Virus record (IMG/VR): IMGVR_UViG_3300012009_000091
Coordinates: 1-64,000 of that record
Length of the DNA stretch: 64,000 nt
Direction: 5' to 3' (one strand)
From: a virus
A program made the position numbers and the translations under genes. Under the pieces are notes generated by a model that worked only from the letters and a program-made list of their open reading frames with translations, was not told the origin of the DNA and did not search any database. Shown in pieces: positions 19,568 to 29,597 of the stretch (positions within the stretch are counted from its first letter, which is position 1; each line of letters opens with the position of its first letter).

Positions 19568-20223
19568 AAGATATCCAGGTATTCAAAGCGGTGGACGTGA
19601 TTAAGGGACAGATCATTACTGACGACCTGGTGGCCGGAGTCCGAACTGTTTCATTGAAGCTGAAACAGTTGGCTGCATACGTAGCTGAGGTCACTGTGAA
19701 CGGTTATCAATCTTCTTCGTTTACTCCGACTGAATCACACGCACTCGAAGTTGTGCTGCCTTCCCTCTTGAACTCTTATGCAGTCGAAAACCTCGAGTTT
19801 AGTATTCTGAGCAATGAATACTCGAACCGCGCTGAGGTTCATGAGATTCTCTATGATATTGGACGCCATTCGAAGGTAATCGGGGGGAATGATTACCTGA
19901 TTCAACGATGGATTCGCTTTCTTTTGATGTCTCCTGGAACAGATAAGAAGGATGAGGATGCGGGAGTCGGGTTGCTCCAGTTTGCCGGAGCAGTAACTTC
20001 CGCCAATCTATCGGAGGTTCGGACGATTATTGCGCGTATGCATCACGATTGTAAGTCGCAGATTTTGTCTCGACAAATACGATCCATCGCCAAGAAACCC
20101 TCTGAGACTCTCCGAGATGCACGCCTGTTGAGTGTGTCGTTGAATCAGAATAGTCAGTTAGTGATCCGTTCGACCCTGGTGGACGGCAACAATCGAGCAC
20201 TGAACGCTGAGGTAAGTATCTGA
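19564..20223 (+). CDS. Baseplate wedge gp25-like protein
   Basis: C-half YLIQRWIRFLLMSPGTD...GVGL...PSETLRDARL matches the gp25/gpW pattern; immediately precedes baseplate J. Confidence 0.65.
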   Translation: MKDIQVFKAVDVIKGQIITDDLVAGVRTVSLKLKQLAAYVAEVTVNGYQSSSFTPTESHALEVVLPSLLNSYAVENLEFSILSNEYSNRAEVHEILYDIGRHSKVIGGNDYLIQRWIRFLLMSPGTDKKDEDAGVGLLQFAGAVTSANLSEVRTIIARMHHDCKSQILSRQIRSIAKKPSETLRDARLLSVSLNQNSQLVIRSTLVDGNNRALNAEVSI

Positions 20224-22868
20224 TGGCCTCCGGAATCCACGAGTCATTCGCGCAGTTTCTAATCGAGAAGATGCAAGAGTGGGATCCCAATCTTGATATT
20301 TCGAAGGGGTCGCAGTTCTATCAGCAGGTGATTGCTCCCGCTTTGCTTCGGCTGGGTCCAGATCCGACACATACAGATGCAGAACAGGTCATTATTGACC
20401 GTGTGCAGTCGCATGATCCAGAGATCACGATTGAACAGGGGAGTGGTGTTCGTGATATCCTTATTACGCCTCTTGATGCAGTTCTGGAACCTTTACGACG
20501 TTTTGCTCGGACACTGGTACTTCGCGGTAGCTGGCTGAATGTAGATAGCTTGACCGAAGAAGAAGTGGATGATTTGGCGGCCAGAATTTTTCTGACGCGG
20601 GACATGGGAGAATATGCGACGGGCTCGCTTCGATTGAAGTTTGCGTCTCCTCGTTCTGTGACTGTGACAACGACTAACATCTCATATGCTGGATCGCTTC
20701 GATTCATCCCCAGTTCTGCACAGTCGATTTCTATCAGCGAGATGGCGTCTAATCGAGCGGGTGCTTACTATTACTTCGATGTGAATCTGATCGCTGAAAA
20801 TGCCGGAGATGCTTACAACGTGGAAGCGGGTTCTATTACTTCCATGGACGGGGTCCCAGGTCTTTTGAGCGTGGAACAGCGTTTTGATTTCTCGAAGGGG
20901 CGTGCGAAGCAGACCAATGCCGAACTGAGAGATGCCGCTGAGATCGCTATTGCCGTCCGAAATTTGGTGACAGAGAGGAGTTTGCGAACGGTTCTTCCTC
21001 AGCAGTTTCCGGCAGCCATCGTTCAGGAGGTGGTGGGGCGGAATAGTGCATTGATGGAGAGGGATCTGGTTCGAGGGCCGACGCAAGTAGCAGGAATCCC
21101 GCAAGGGATTATCGGGCCAGAAGCACCGGACCTTGTTCTTTCGGACAAGTTGCACATCGGCGGATTCACGGATATTTGGATTCGTCCTTCTGCTTCCTCA
21201 AGCTCGATTCAAGAGACTGTGGATGTTGAAAACCTGACTGACGAAGGGGTGTTGGTTTTCCATTCGATGACGGGAGCTGTCAACGGTGGGACACCTGAAG
21301 TACTGAATGATGTACGAGGCTTCTTTACAGAAGAGGACGGAGGCTTTCTGCCAGTTCAAGCAGGAGACTTCGCCATCGTTGAAGGCCTCCTTACCAGCGG
21401 CCACCATACGGAGTTTACAGTAGACTCGGGCGGCGTGGCAGACAAGAGTCTGACCATGTCTTCGAATATCTCCATCACGAGCCTATCCAATCGATCTTAT
21501 GAGATTCGGCGTCGGATAGATGGGTGGATTCATATCAGCTTAGACACGTTGGTGGCTGAACAAGACGGATCCGCTCTTTCGGATGGCAACGGGGATCCGT
21601 ATCTTCCAGTCCCTGGCAAACTCTTGTCGTCCGAGGGGATTGTGTCGGATCAGAATATTGGGCTCAATAACGTTTCTCTACCGCTATTCTACATTGAGCA
21701 AATTGAGATCCTCGATGCGATCACCAAACAGCCCACCGGAGAGCTAGTTCCAGAAGCAGATCCTGTTGTTCACTACCTCATGGATCGTGTTTCCTCCTCC
21801 AAGGTTTGGATTCGGACGATTTATCGCCTTCCGACACGCTATTCCCCTGGAGCTGGAACTAAGTTCTACACACTCGATGCAACGACCTATTATGAGGGAG
21901 CGGAGCAAACGGGAACCGGAACCGTTTCGGGCGTTGACACGGTTTCTACGACTGTCGACTATGCAACGGCTTACGCTTCTGAATATGCCAGTCGACAAAT
22001 TCAAGTTGGCGATCTGTTGATCTTCAACGATGGCGGTACTCTCTATTCTCACCACATCACGGAGGTTAATGTTGGTGGGGATCCTTTGGAGTATCGTGTG
22101 GACGGTTCTCTTCCTGTTCCTACTACTGGTGGAACAGTTACGTTCGTTCAAGCGACTACTGCCGCGCTCATGACGTTGCAGAATGACATGGATCTATACT
22201 ATTTCGACTTTATCGCGGAGCGTGTGACGGGTAGTCGTCAAGAGATTGGTACCACGGTTTCGACACCAACCGGTGGGGTCATTGCGCAAGGTTGGCGTGT
22301 TATTCCGCGGCTTGAAGGATACAGCTTTTCGACCTTGGAAGAGCCTATCCTGCAAATTTCAGAACTGGTTAATGATACGGTAGATCTGACAACCGGCGCT
22401 CGGCATATTCGTTTGACGTACCGAACAACTCCGCTCGTTGCTGAGATCCAAGCTTTCCTTGATGAGGATGAAGAGCGTGTTCCATCGGCTCATCTTTTGG
22501 CGCGTCGAACTATTCCGGCGCGTGTTCACATTGCGATGCACTACACTCCGGGTACAGTGACTAATCAACCCGCGGTATCTGTCGCTCGCACAGCGTTGGA
22601 AGAGTTCATAGAGGAGGGTAGCCACGCCTTGAATGCGACCAATCTTTCCAATGTGCTCGAAGATTTAGGAGCGTCCAAAGTAGTCTACCCGTTTTCTGTC
22701 GTGGTGGAGTATGCGGGGAAGTCTCGATCGGGCAAGTATGGATATGGAAAGTTCATGAGCTTTCATGGATATGACGGTGCCGTTCTTCCTTTGGCTGTCG
22801 ATTCGATTGTGGGATGGTATAGTGTGGCTGACTATACACCCGGTTCTGTGGAGCCGATCAATTCATGA
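20223..22868 (+). CDS. Baseplate J-like (gp6-like) wedge protein
   Basis: TRDMGEYATGSLRL...AENAGDAYNVEAGSIT...FSKGRAKQTNAELR, the Baseplate_J signature. Confidence 0.8.
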   Translation: MASGIHESFAQFLIEKMQEWDPNLDISKGSQFYQQVIAPALLRLGPDPTHTDAEQVIIDRVQSHDPEITIEQGSGVRDILITPLDAVLEPLRRFARTLVLRGSWLNVDSLTEEEVDDLAARIFLTRDMGEYATGSLRLKFASPRSVTVTTTNISYAGSLRFIPSSAQSISISEMASNRAGAYYYFDVNLIAENAGDAYNVEAGSITSMDGVPGLLSVEQRFDFSKGRAKQTNAELRDAAEIAIAVRNLVTERSLRTVLPQQFPAAIVQEVVGRNSALMERDLVRGPTQVAGIPQGIIGPEAPDLVLSDKLHIGGFTDIWIRPSASSSSIQETVDVENLTDEGVLVFHSMTGAVNGGTPEVLNDVRGFFTEEDGGFLPVQAGDFAIVEGLLTSGHHTEFTVDSGGVADKSLTMSSNISITSLSNRSYEIRRRIDGWIHISLDTLVAEQDGSALSDGNGDPYLPVPGKLLSSEGIVSDQNIGLNNVSLPLFYIEQIEILDAITKQPTGELVPEADPVVHYLMDRVSSSKVWIRTIYRLPTRYSPGAGTKFYTLDATTYYEGAEQTGTGTVSGVDTVSTTVDYATAYASEYASRQIQVGDLLIFNDGGTLYSHHITEVNVGGDPLEYRVDGSLPVPTTGGTVTFVQATTAALMTLQNDMDLYYFDFIAERVTGSRQEIGTTVSTPTGGVIAQGWRVIPRLEGYSFSTLEEPILQISELVNDTVDLTTGARHIRLTYRTTPLVAEIQAFLDEDEERVPSAHLLARRTIPARVHIAMHYTPGTVTNQPAVSVARTALEEFIEEGSHALNATNLSNVLEDLGASKVVYPFSVVVEYAGKSRSGKYGYGKFMSFHGYDGAVLPLAVDSIVGWYSVADYTPGSVEPINS

Positions 22869-25800
22869 TTTTTGATTCTACATACGTTGATGAGAACGGA
22901 CTGGCGCTGTTGTTATCGGACAACGTCTTAGATGTTCTCGTTGTTGATCTCATCGGTTCAAGCTTTTGGTCTCCCGACTCTGCGTTCAATGGATACGGAG
23001 CAGACGGCAATAAGTATCTTGCCGGCGAAGCTACTGTAGATCGAGCCAGTTGGGCGTCTGAAGTGCAGAGTGCGCATAGAGGTCCTCACAATCGGTTCCC
23101 GCAGAAGTTCATCGTGGTGCTAACGGATCGCGAAGTCTCTTTGATCGATGCTTCTGACTATTCTCTCTTCTTGCGCGTGGTAGCGTCAGAAGTCCCGTCT
23201 TTTGCCGCACCGGCTGAGAACGGTATCTTCTTGGAATGGGTCGCCGACGAAGCGGTCTCTTCGGCTGGGTCAGCGCTTGGATTCATTGGGAACACTTTTT
23301 ATCGATTAGGATGGGGTGCTGGTCGTCTCTCAATCGTGACTGATTCTGGTACTCGAGTTATCGACTTCAAAGCGGATCAGTGTTTCCTGTTCCACGATGC
23401 GGGACATTACCGAGCCAATCTTTCGTATCAGAAAGGTGTCGCCTTCCGAAATGGATCTCACTATTTTTCGACCTCCAATCAGCCTGACCCCATTGGGGTG
23501 ACCGACAGTCTTTGTACTGCATCGATTGTCATTGGCACGTCTGTGTATTTTGTTTTCGGCACTGCAGCCCCGGGTGGATCGCCGGGAGGAGTTGTTGTTT
23601 ATCGATGGACGGGCCCGTCTGAGATCGGCGGGGAGCTGGTCATCGACTTGACGGTGGACATTGTCGACCGCCTGACGTCTTTGAGCGGGACTCCTCTGGA
23701 TGTGTTGATTACTACTGAATGCGTGCTTTATCTGTTGCTCAGGTACAACGATGGGGTTCAGGATCGTTTGCGGGTCGTTCGGAGTATTTCTGAATGGCAG
23801 ACGCCGTCTGGGGGCGGTTTTAGTGAAGGGTCGCCGATTGATCTTCCCGTCCAGGCTGGAGGGGCAGGTCGACTTGAGATTCGTGGATCTGATCTCTTGA
23901 TAGCCGGAGAATCAGGGGTCTGGTCTATTGATATAGACACGTTCCAGTCACCTGAGTATACATACGGGAGTACCAGTTCGACAGTTGAACCGCTTGCGCC
24001 AAAGTACGATCTGTTGGTGTCAGATGCTCAACCAATTCTGGACTTGCAGGTTGATCGAACTACAGGTCACTTGGGGGTGGTCCACGGAGACTATCTCGAG
24101 ATCATTGATGTAGGTCGTCAAACCATTTCGGCTCGCTATACGCAGGCATCGGATACTCCAATCCCGTCCGCTCCTGTCACGTTGACTACGTTTTTGAGTT
24201 TTGCTATCGGCGGCAGCGATGGGTTGGGTATCATTACCACCGCTGCAGTGTCGGTGTCTGAATACGATCCTGTGGTCCGGGGACAAGATGAACTAGATGG
24301 GCGTCTGTTCTATGAGATCCTTCCAGATACTTTTTCGCTTTTGGCGGACTACGACCTTCTTCCACGAATTTGGGAAGGGTACGTTCAGTTGGGTGCAGAC
24401 CTCTTCCAATCTTTGTTGAGTGCCGACGCATCTCGCAGCTTGTTGGATGTGCCGATCGATTATCAGCAGAAGTATCAGCACTTCGACTTGGATTTCCCGA
24501 AGACATTTCTGGCGGATCCGGGCTTGTCTTTCTATGGACTCGGTTACCGCGCCTTCCAAGTGGATACTACAAATCAAGTTTTGGACTGTTGCTGGACGAC
24601 AAAGTTGGATACCGAGAAGTCGTATTGGCTCTTACGCTCGCAGTTAGATTACCGGTCGTCTCTTCGGTGGTCTTGGACAGCGTCATATTCTCAGTTCGAC
24701 GAAGGCAGTTATGGTCTGCTTGGCTATCTCTCAACTGATGCTTCCGCCATTGAAAATAGCCTACTGGTTGGCGTGGGAAACAGTGGAAGAGTTGGTATTC
24801 TCCACGTCTCTCCTACTGGAGCACCGAACTTTGTGGAGACCCCGCCTGTTGTGTCTGTGGATACGGAAGTCGAGATCGAGGTGACGTATGATTCGTCTAC
24901 TTCGACTGTCGCTGTGACTGTTACAGAAGCCGATAGTGGGGTTGAAGTCCTGTCTGCATACACGTATGCTCTCCTCAGTGGGCCGAGCAGTGAGGATTTC
25001 TACTCCGACAGCTTTGGATTTGTGAATCTGAATGTATCGCGAACGGACTTGACTACATCCCCGACGTTCACCCCTAAAGTCGGGCAAATGGTTTTGGGGA
25101 CTGTGTCTGCTGTTTCATTTTTGGACGCGTCTTTGCCGGCTGACATTCAAGCGATACCCTTTCTACAGGATTCATGGAGGGAACCGTCTGTGTTTTGGAC
25201 GGAGTCTGTCGACTATTCGCACTACTACGACGAAGAGGCTGGTTGGTCCTTCATCGCGTTCCAGGAGCAGCCAGAGGCCTTTCTGCTGGCCGAGTATGTC
25301 AGCTACAACCAAAGCCTCATCAAGAACAACTTCGGCCTGGATGTTGACTTCTCAGGCCCAAATACGGTGACGTACAAGAGCCAGGTTCAAGCCCTTCACA
25401 GTATCTACTGGAAAGGGCCAACTATTCGAGGCATCCAACTTGGCATTCAAGTTCTCCTTGGATTACCCTTTGTGGAAGAGGCAGGAGAAGTCACGATTGT
25501 CAATCCTTCCTACTCAGGCGATTTCGGGGAGATCGTGATTATTGGTGTGTCTGGAGCTCGAGCGTATCGCTACAGTTTGGCTGTCTCTCCGCTTGTGACA
25601 GTGGGAGACACTGTCGAGCAGTTTCAGCCGCTCACAGATGGAGTCGAAGTTCGGGATTGGGTTAATAGTCCAGATTGGTTCCTCCCGTTTTTAGGGGATT
25701 CCAGTTCATCTAGTAGTGACCATTTTGCGACAGCGTTGAATTACCGTGAGCCGACACAGGTTGTAGACAGCGAACTCCAGAAGTATCACATGTTTGCTGT

Positions 25801-26221
25801 GGTTGTGTTGAATGATATTTTTTCGGTCGCGCAGTTACCGGCAATCCAAGGGTTCCTCGATGCGATTCGTCAAACATGGAAGGCGATTGTCCTGACTGTT
25901 GTTGCGTCGATTGAAGATGATGTGAGTATTGACGATGAACTTGAGTTGCTCATGGGCGCCAACATTTTTGATCATGGTGGCGGTTCATTGGTCACGCATC
26001 CTAAGTATGACGACATCTCCGGCCCATCGTCTTATGCGTATCACTACGACGGGGTACCCTCTCCTTTGATCTACTACGACATGTTTCATGATCTGTTCCC
26101 TGATGACCCCATCGAGGTTATATTGGAGAAAGTCGCCGGCGCTCCCGAAACAATCTACGTGAATGGCGTGGCGACTTTGGTTACTTTAGGGGATCCTCCT
26201 ATAACGGAGAATATTCCATGA
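22865..26221 (+). CDS. Baseplate wedge protein (gpI/gp7-like core) with N-terminal beta-propeller-like region
   Basis: YKSQVQALHSIYWKGPTIRGIQLGIQVLLG motif and FLDAIRQTW; follows baseplate J. Confidence 0.6.
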   Translation: MIFDSTYVDENGLALLLSDNVLDVLVVDLIGSSFWSPDSAFNGYGADGNKYLAGEATVDRASWASEVQSAHRGPHNRFPQKFIVVLTDREVSLIDASDYSLFLRVVASEVPSFAAPAENGIFLEWVADEAVSSAGSALGFIGNTFYRLGWGAGRLSIVTDSGTRVIDFKADQCFLFHDAGHYRANLSYQKGVAFRNGSHYFSTSNQPDPIGVTDSLCTASIVIGTSVYFVFGTAAPGGSPGGVVVYRWTGPSEIGGELVIDLTVDIVDRLTSLSGTPLDVLITTECVLYLLLRYNDGVQDRLRVVRSISEWQTPSGGGFSEGSPIDLPVQAGGAGRLEIRGSDLLIAGESGVWSIDIDTFQSPEYTYGSTSSTVEPLAPKYDLLVSDAQPILDLQVDRTTGHLGVVHGDYLEIIDVGRQTISARYTQASDTPIPSAPVTLTTFLSFAIGGSDGLGIITTAAVSVSEYDPVVRGQDELDGRLFYEILPDTFSLLADYDLLPRIWEGYVQLGADLFQSLLSADASRSLLDVPIDYQQKYQHFDLDFPKTFLADPGLSFYGLGYRAFQVDTTNQVLDCCWTTKLDTEKSYWLLRSQLDYRSSLRWSWTASYSQFDEGSYGLLGYLSTDASAIENSLLVGVGNSGRVGILHVSPTGAPNFVETPPVVSVDTEVEIEVTYDSSTSTVAVTVTEADSGVEVLSAYTYALLSGPSSEDFYSDSFGFVNLNVSRTDLTTSPTFTPKVGQMVLGTVSAVSFLDASLPADIQAIPFLQDSWREPSVFWTESVDYSHYYDEEAGWSFIAFQEQPEAFLLAEYVSYNQSLIKNNFGLDVDFSGPNTVTYKSQVQALHSIYWKGPTIRGIQLGIQVLLGLPFVEEAGEVTIVNPSYSGDFGEIVIIGVSGARAYRYSLAVSPLVTVGDTVEQFQPLTDGVEVRDWVNSPDWFLPFLGDSSSSSSDHFATALNYREPTQVVDSELQKYHMFAVVVLNDIFSVAQLPAIQGFLDAIRQTWKAIVLTVVASIEDDVSIDDELELLMGANIFDHGGGSLVTHPKYDDISGPSSYAYHYDGVPSPLIYYDMFHDLFPDDPIEVILEKVAGAPETIYVNGVATLVTLGDPPITENIP

Positions 26222-26430
26222 GAAGCCGCATTCTTCGATCTGTTCGTCGCTGGCTTCGTGGTTGTCTACGGGCAATACATGGCCTCAACGACTCAGCGTA
26301 TGGTAAGATTCCAGCTGGAGCGGGACCGGGAGAGAAGTTCTCGATTGATCTACGTCCGGTTGAGGGGCCAGGACGGAGAATCGAATTCGGGACCGAACGG
26401 CCCACCAAGATTACGAGGATGGAAGAATGA
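26218..26430 (+). CDS. Small basic hypothetical protein
   Basis: ATGA overlaps on both sides. Confidence 0.4.
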   Translation: MRSRILRSVRRWLRGCLRAIHGLNDSAYGKIPAGAGPGEKFSIDLRPVEGPGRRIEFGTERPTKITRMEE

Positions 26431-27137
26431 TCCAGCGGCTTCATGCACTACAACAGAGACTTCAGCGATTCCTGTTCAAACGCTTCCTGTACGATCCTCG
26501 TGACTTCTATATTCAAGGGCATGTGGGGATCATCAAGAGGTACTCTGACATCTATCCCAACTCCAAGCTGCGCGGGGATGTGTATCGCTACTATGATCTT
26601 GGTCATAACTTGGTAGTCAATCGCGGTCGACACATGTCTGCAGGTTTGTGGGCAGGGTCGGATGGCCCGGCTCCGTCCTTTCCCTTTACTCAGGGATTCA
26701 ACGAACTTAACGGTCCGAACTTTGGATGGGTGATCCGCGGTATGGCTCTGGGTGAAGGTACGACCCCAGAGGCAGATGAGGATGATTCTCTGGAAACCCC
26801 ACACATTAATCCAGACATCGGCGTAGCTCCAGGGACAGAGTACCATGCGCTCGACAGCGTGACGTTTGAGCCGTGGTCAACCCCGTCCCCGTCAACTTCT
26901 GTGATCTTCACAAAGACATTCGGCATCAACGAGCCGTTGGGATCTGGAGTCACTGCTGAGGTCTATGAATTTGGGCTCTATACGGCGGCGCCCGACCCTG
27001 GAGGAGCAGCCGGTCCGCCTGAAACGAATCCACCTGGACCTCCAGGAGGTCCGTTTCTGGTTGCCAGGAAGACCCATGGGCTCATCACGAAGAGTCCGAA
27101 CTTCACCCTGCAGGTGAACTGGACGATAGAGTTCTGA
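26427..27137 (+). CDS. Tail collar / fibre-attachment protein
   Basis: HNLVVNRGR...MALGEG...EFGLY...LVARKT...ITKSPNFTLQVNWTIEF, a tail-collar signature. Confidence 0.75.
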   Translation: MIQRLHALQQRLQRFLFKRFLYDPRDFYIQGHVGIIKRYSDIYPNSKLRGDVYRYYDLGHNLVVNRGRHMSAGLWAGSDGPAPSFPFTQGFNELNGPNFGWVIRGMALGEGTTPEADEDDSLETPHINPDIGVAPGTEYHALDSVTFEPWSTPSPSTSVIFTKTFGINEPLGSGVTAEVYEFGLYTAAPDPGGAAGPPETNPPGPPGGPFLVARKTHGLITKSPNFTLQVNWTIEF

Positions 27138-27138
27138 T

Positions 27139-29589
27139 ATGGCATTCAAAGATTCAGCACAAGCGGCAGCAGATCATAATATTCAATCGGGGGATCCCGT
27201 TGCGCAAGCAGTGGCGAATGAGCCCCATGAACAGTCATACAAGAATTCAGACTGGTTGTGCTCCATTGCGAATGCGGATCGGAATCTAACGCTCCAGGGT
27301 GGTGGAACGATCATCTGGAACAAGAACACGGCCCTACTTTCTTTTTCTTCTGATGTGACTATCCAGTTTCCGAATGAAGTTGTCTCGGCCGGTGTTGGCG
27401 GTGCTAAGTCCCATACGATTTCTCTGGGTGGTCAGTTGCTGTCTTTCGGCGCATCTGGCCGTATCGCTGCGATCAAAGTATCGCGGACGTCTACTGGGGT
27501 TTCTTACGCTCATACAGCGGTCCAGATCTACAACTCTATTTCAGCCTATGAGTCTGCTATTAGTGCTGGAGCCTTGGCGACTGATCGGTTTGGATGGATT
27601 CTGATCGCGATCCGTATCGCTTCGCCGGCCCCCGCTGGAGATAATGATCATGTCGTTTTGTGGGATAATCGTCGCGTTCGGCATCATGATGGCACTAACA
27701 ATGTCTACGGGCAGATTGAAGGAGCAGGGTCCGTAGAGTCGCAGTATGCTCAGCAATCTGAACACCATCTTCTTCGCTGGCGAGACAATCAGAATCGTAA
27801 TGAGTTCTTGGTGCAAGGTGGTGTTCTGTCCTGGGCTGGAAGAGCTACGGGACTATCCATTTCGACGCATCTGCACATTTTGTGTCCAGGCTTCGCTCCA
27901 GGAGATCCCTTGACTGTCCGGGTGGCCGGGCCTACTACACTGCCTGCTATCGATAACGATCTGTGTTACTACATGGACATTGATCGGACGGTTGGAGGAC
28001 CGCAGACGCCCGCCGTTAATGTGGGTATGTTTGAGCTCTTGGTCCGCGATACAGACGATCGCATCGTTCTCGGTGTTTGCAGGTCGGGTCGTTTGTATTT
28101 GATGGATGGGACAGTCCTGGATTCAGGCGCGACGATGACGCTTGGCGGGCTGGCTCAAGGCGTTCGATGGATTCTGCACGGGCCAGGGGACGGGGCTGCT
28201 CTCTACGATCTTCAAAATCCTCCGACTGGAACCTATGTTCGACCTGCCGGATCTACGCCTTCTTACGTTACTGGCGGCGCTGAGCTCATGGTGTTTGTCA
28301 ATGGCGTTCGACAAGCAGAGTCGTTGTTTCTCAGTGGTGGGGCCGGGAATGGGGACTATCAAGAGGAATCGTCGACGCCGGGATTGGATGCGACAACGAT
28401 CACATGGGAGTCTGGTAATATTCCCGAATCCCATCATGACATTACGATCTTTGTTGGTATGGCAGTGCCTAATCAAGGCGTAGTTCCTACGTTAGAAGCT
28501 GCTGATTCATCTGGAACATCGAGTGGTGAGGTACAGCTAGCGGATACAGCTCAGTTGCGTCAGGATGCGAATGTGACGGTGGAGTTGGGTACAGGCATCG
28601 ACGCAGGGATGCCTTGGATGAGCTTTAGCGCTGGTGAATACATTCAAGGACCTGTGCGCGGCTGGACATCTAATGCAGGCGCCACTGAGCGTGGGTTGAA
28701 TGTCTATTCACAACGGCCTTACTTGATGTTCGGCCAGACAGGCAATCTCTATGTTAGCCCAGGTGAGATTCCTCTGCCGACAGACCCCACACGCATCTCT
28801 TTTCTAGTGCATCGACGGCATCAACCTCTGGCCATTGTACCGAATGATAGACCTTCAGGTGACCCAGCGCCGACATCTTGGCCTGCACTGATGTACGTGT
28901 ATCTTCAGCCTGCTGGTGCGACGATGGGTTCGGCCTTTGATGCCGTAATTTCGTCTCTGAGTCCGTACCAAATGGTCGACTCCGATTTGAAGTGGGGTGA
29001 GAATCCTAACGATATTGGCGGCATCTTCATAGGGTCTGTGTTGGCCAACGGAGCAGCCAATACCATCTCGGATTTTATCCCGTTTGACCGATATGGGAAT
29101 GCAACTCACTATCGGTCGGGATCGATCCCTGCACTGACAGCGGTGGGTCTGCCTGGAGATGCGACACAAAATCAAGTGGTCGTGGATCTGAGTAATTACG
29201 TACCGATCACAGCGCATGCAGCTCTGCTACAAGTTGAGTTCCAGCTTCAGGTTGTCAACTATGTGGCTGCCGGCGGTAACGTAGTCACTGGTATCAATGT
29301 GTATACTGCAGAGGCGACTGTCCCCGGTACGTGGCCGGCAGATGTGAGCGGCGATTATGATGTCCAGTTTTTGTTTTCGCCGTTTATGGCGGCTCCTGCT
29401 ATTGCTGGAACGTACATTCAGAGCTTCGGGCCATTCTGGGTGGCCGTAAATGATCAAGATGCGTCTGGTGTCCCCTTGAGTCCAGCGAGTACCCGTCTTT
29501 ATGTCGGCCCCTTCTGTGATCAGATTCGGGTTCGTGTGTTGGGGTATATGGAACACGCCACGGGTATTTATCGCCACAACCGACCCTGA
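27139..29589 (+). CDS. Tail fibre protein
   Basis: Follows the collar gene; GG-x-x-x-W N-terminal modules and an LMVFVNGVRQ...DYQE module. Confidence 0.6.
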   Translation: MAFKDSAQAAADHNIQSGDPVAQAVANEPHEQSYKNSDWLCSIANADRNLTLQGGGTIIWNKNTALLSFSSDVTIQFPNEVVSAGVGGAKSHTISLGGQLLSFGASGRIAAIKVSRTSTGVSYAHTAVQIYNSISAYESAISAGALATDRFGWILIAIRIASPAPAGDNDHVVLWDNRRVRHHDGTNNVYGQIEGAGSVESQYAQQSEHHLLRWRDNQNRNEFLVQGGVLSWAGRATGLSISTHLHILCPGFAPGDPLTVRVAGPTTLPAIDNDLCYYMDIDRTVGGPQTPAVNVGMFELLVRDTDDRIVLGVCRSGRLYLMDGTVLDSGATMTLGGLAQGVRWILHGPGDGAALYDLQNPPTGTYVRPAGSTPSYVTGGAELMVFVNGVRQAESLFLSGGAGNGDYQEESSTPGLDATTITWESGNIPESHHDITIFVGMAVPNQGVVPTLEAADSSGTSSGEVQLADTAQLRQDANVTVELGTGIDAGMPWMSFSAGEYIQGPVRGWTSNAGATERGLNVYSQRPYLMFGQTGNLYVSPGEIPLPTDPTRISFLVHRRHQPLAIVPNDRPSGDPAPTSWPALMYVYLQPAGATMGSAFDAVISSLSPYQMVDSDLKWGENPNDIGGIFIGSVLANGAANTISDFIPFDRYGNATHYRSGSIPALTAVGLPGDATQNQVVVDLSNYVPITAHAALLQVEFQLQVVNYVAAGGNVVTGINVYTAEATVPGTWPADVSGDYDVQFLFSPFMAAPAIAGTYIQSFGPFWVAVNDQDASGVPLSPASTRLYVGPFCDQIRVRVLGYMEHATGIYRHNRP

Positions 29590-29597
29590 GGTAAGCA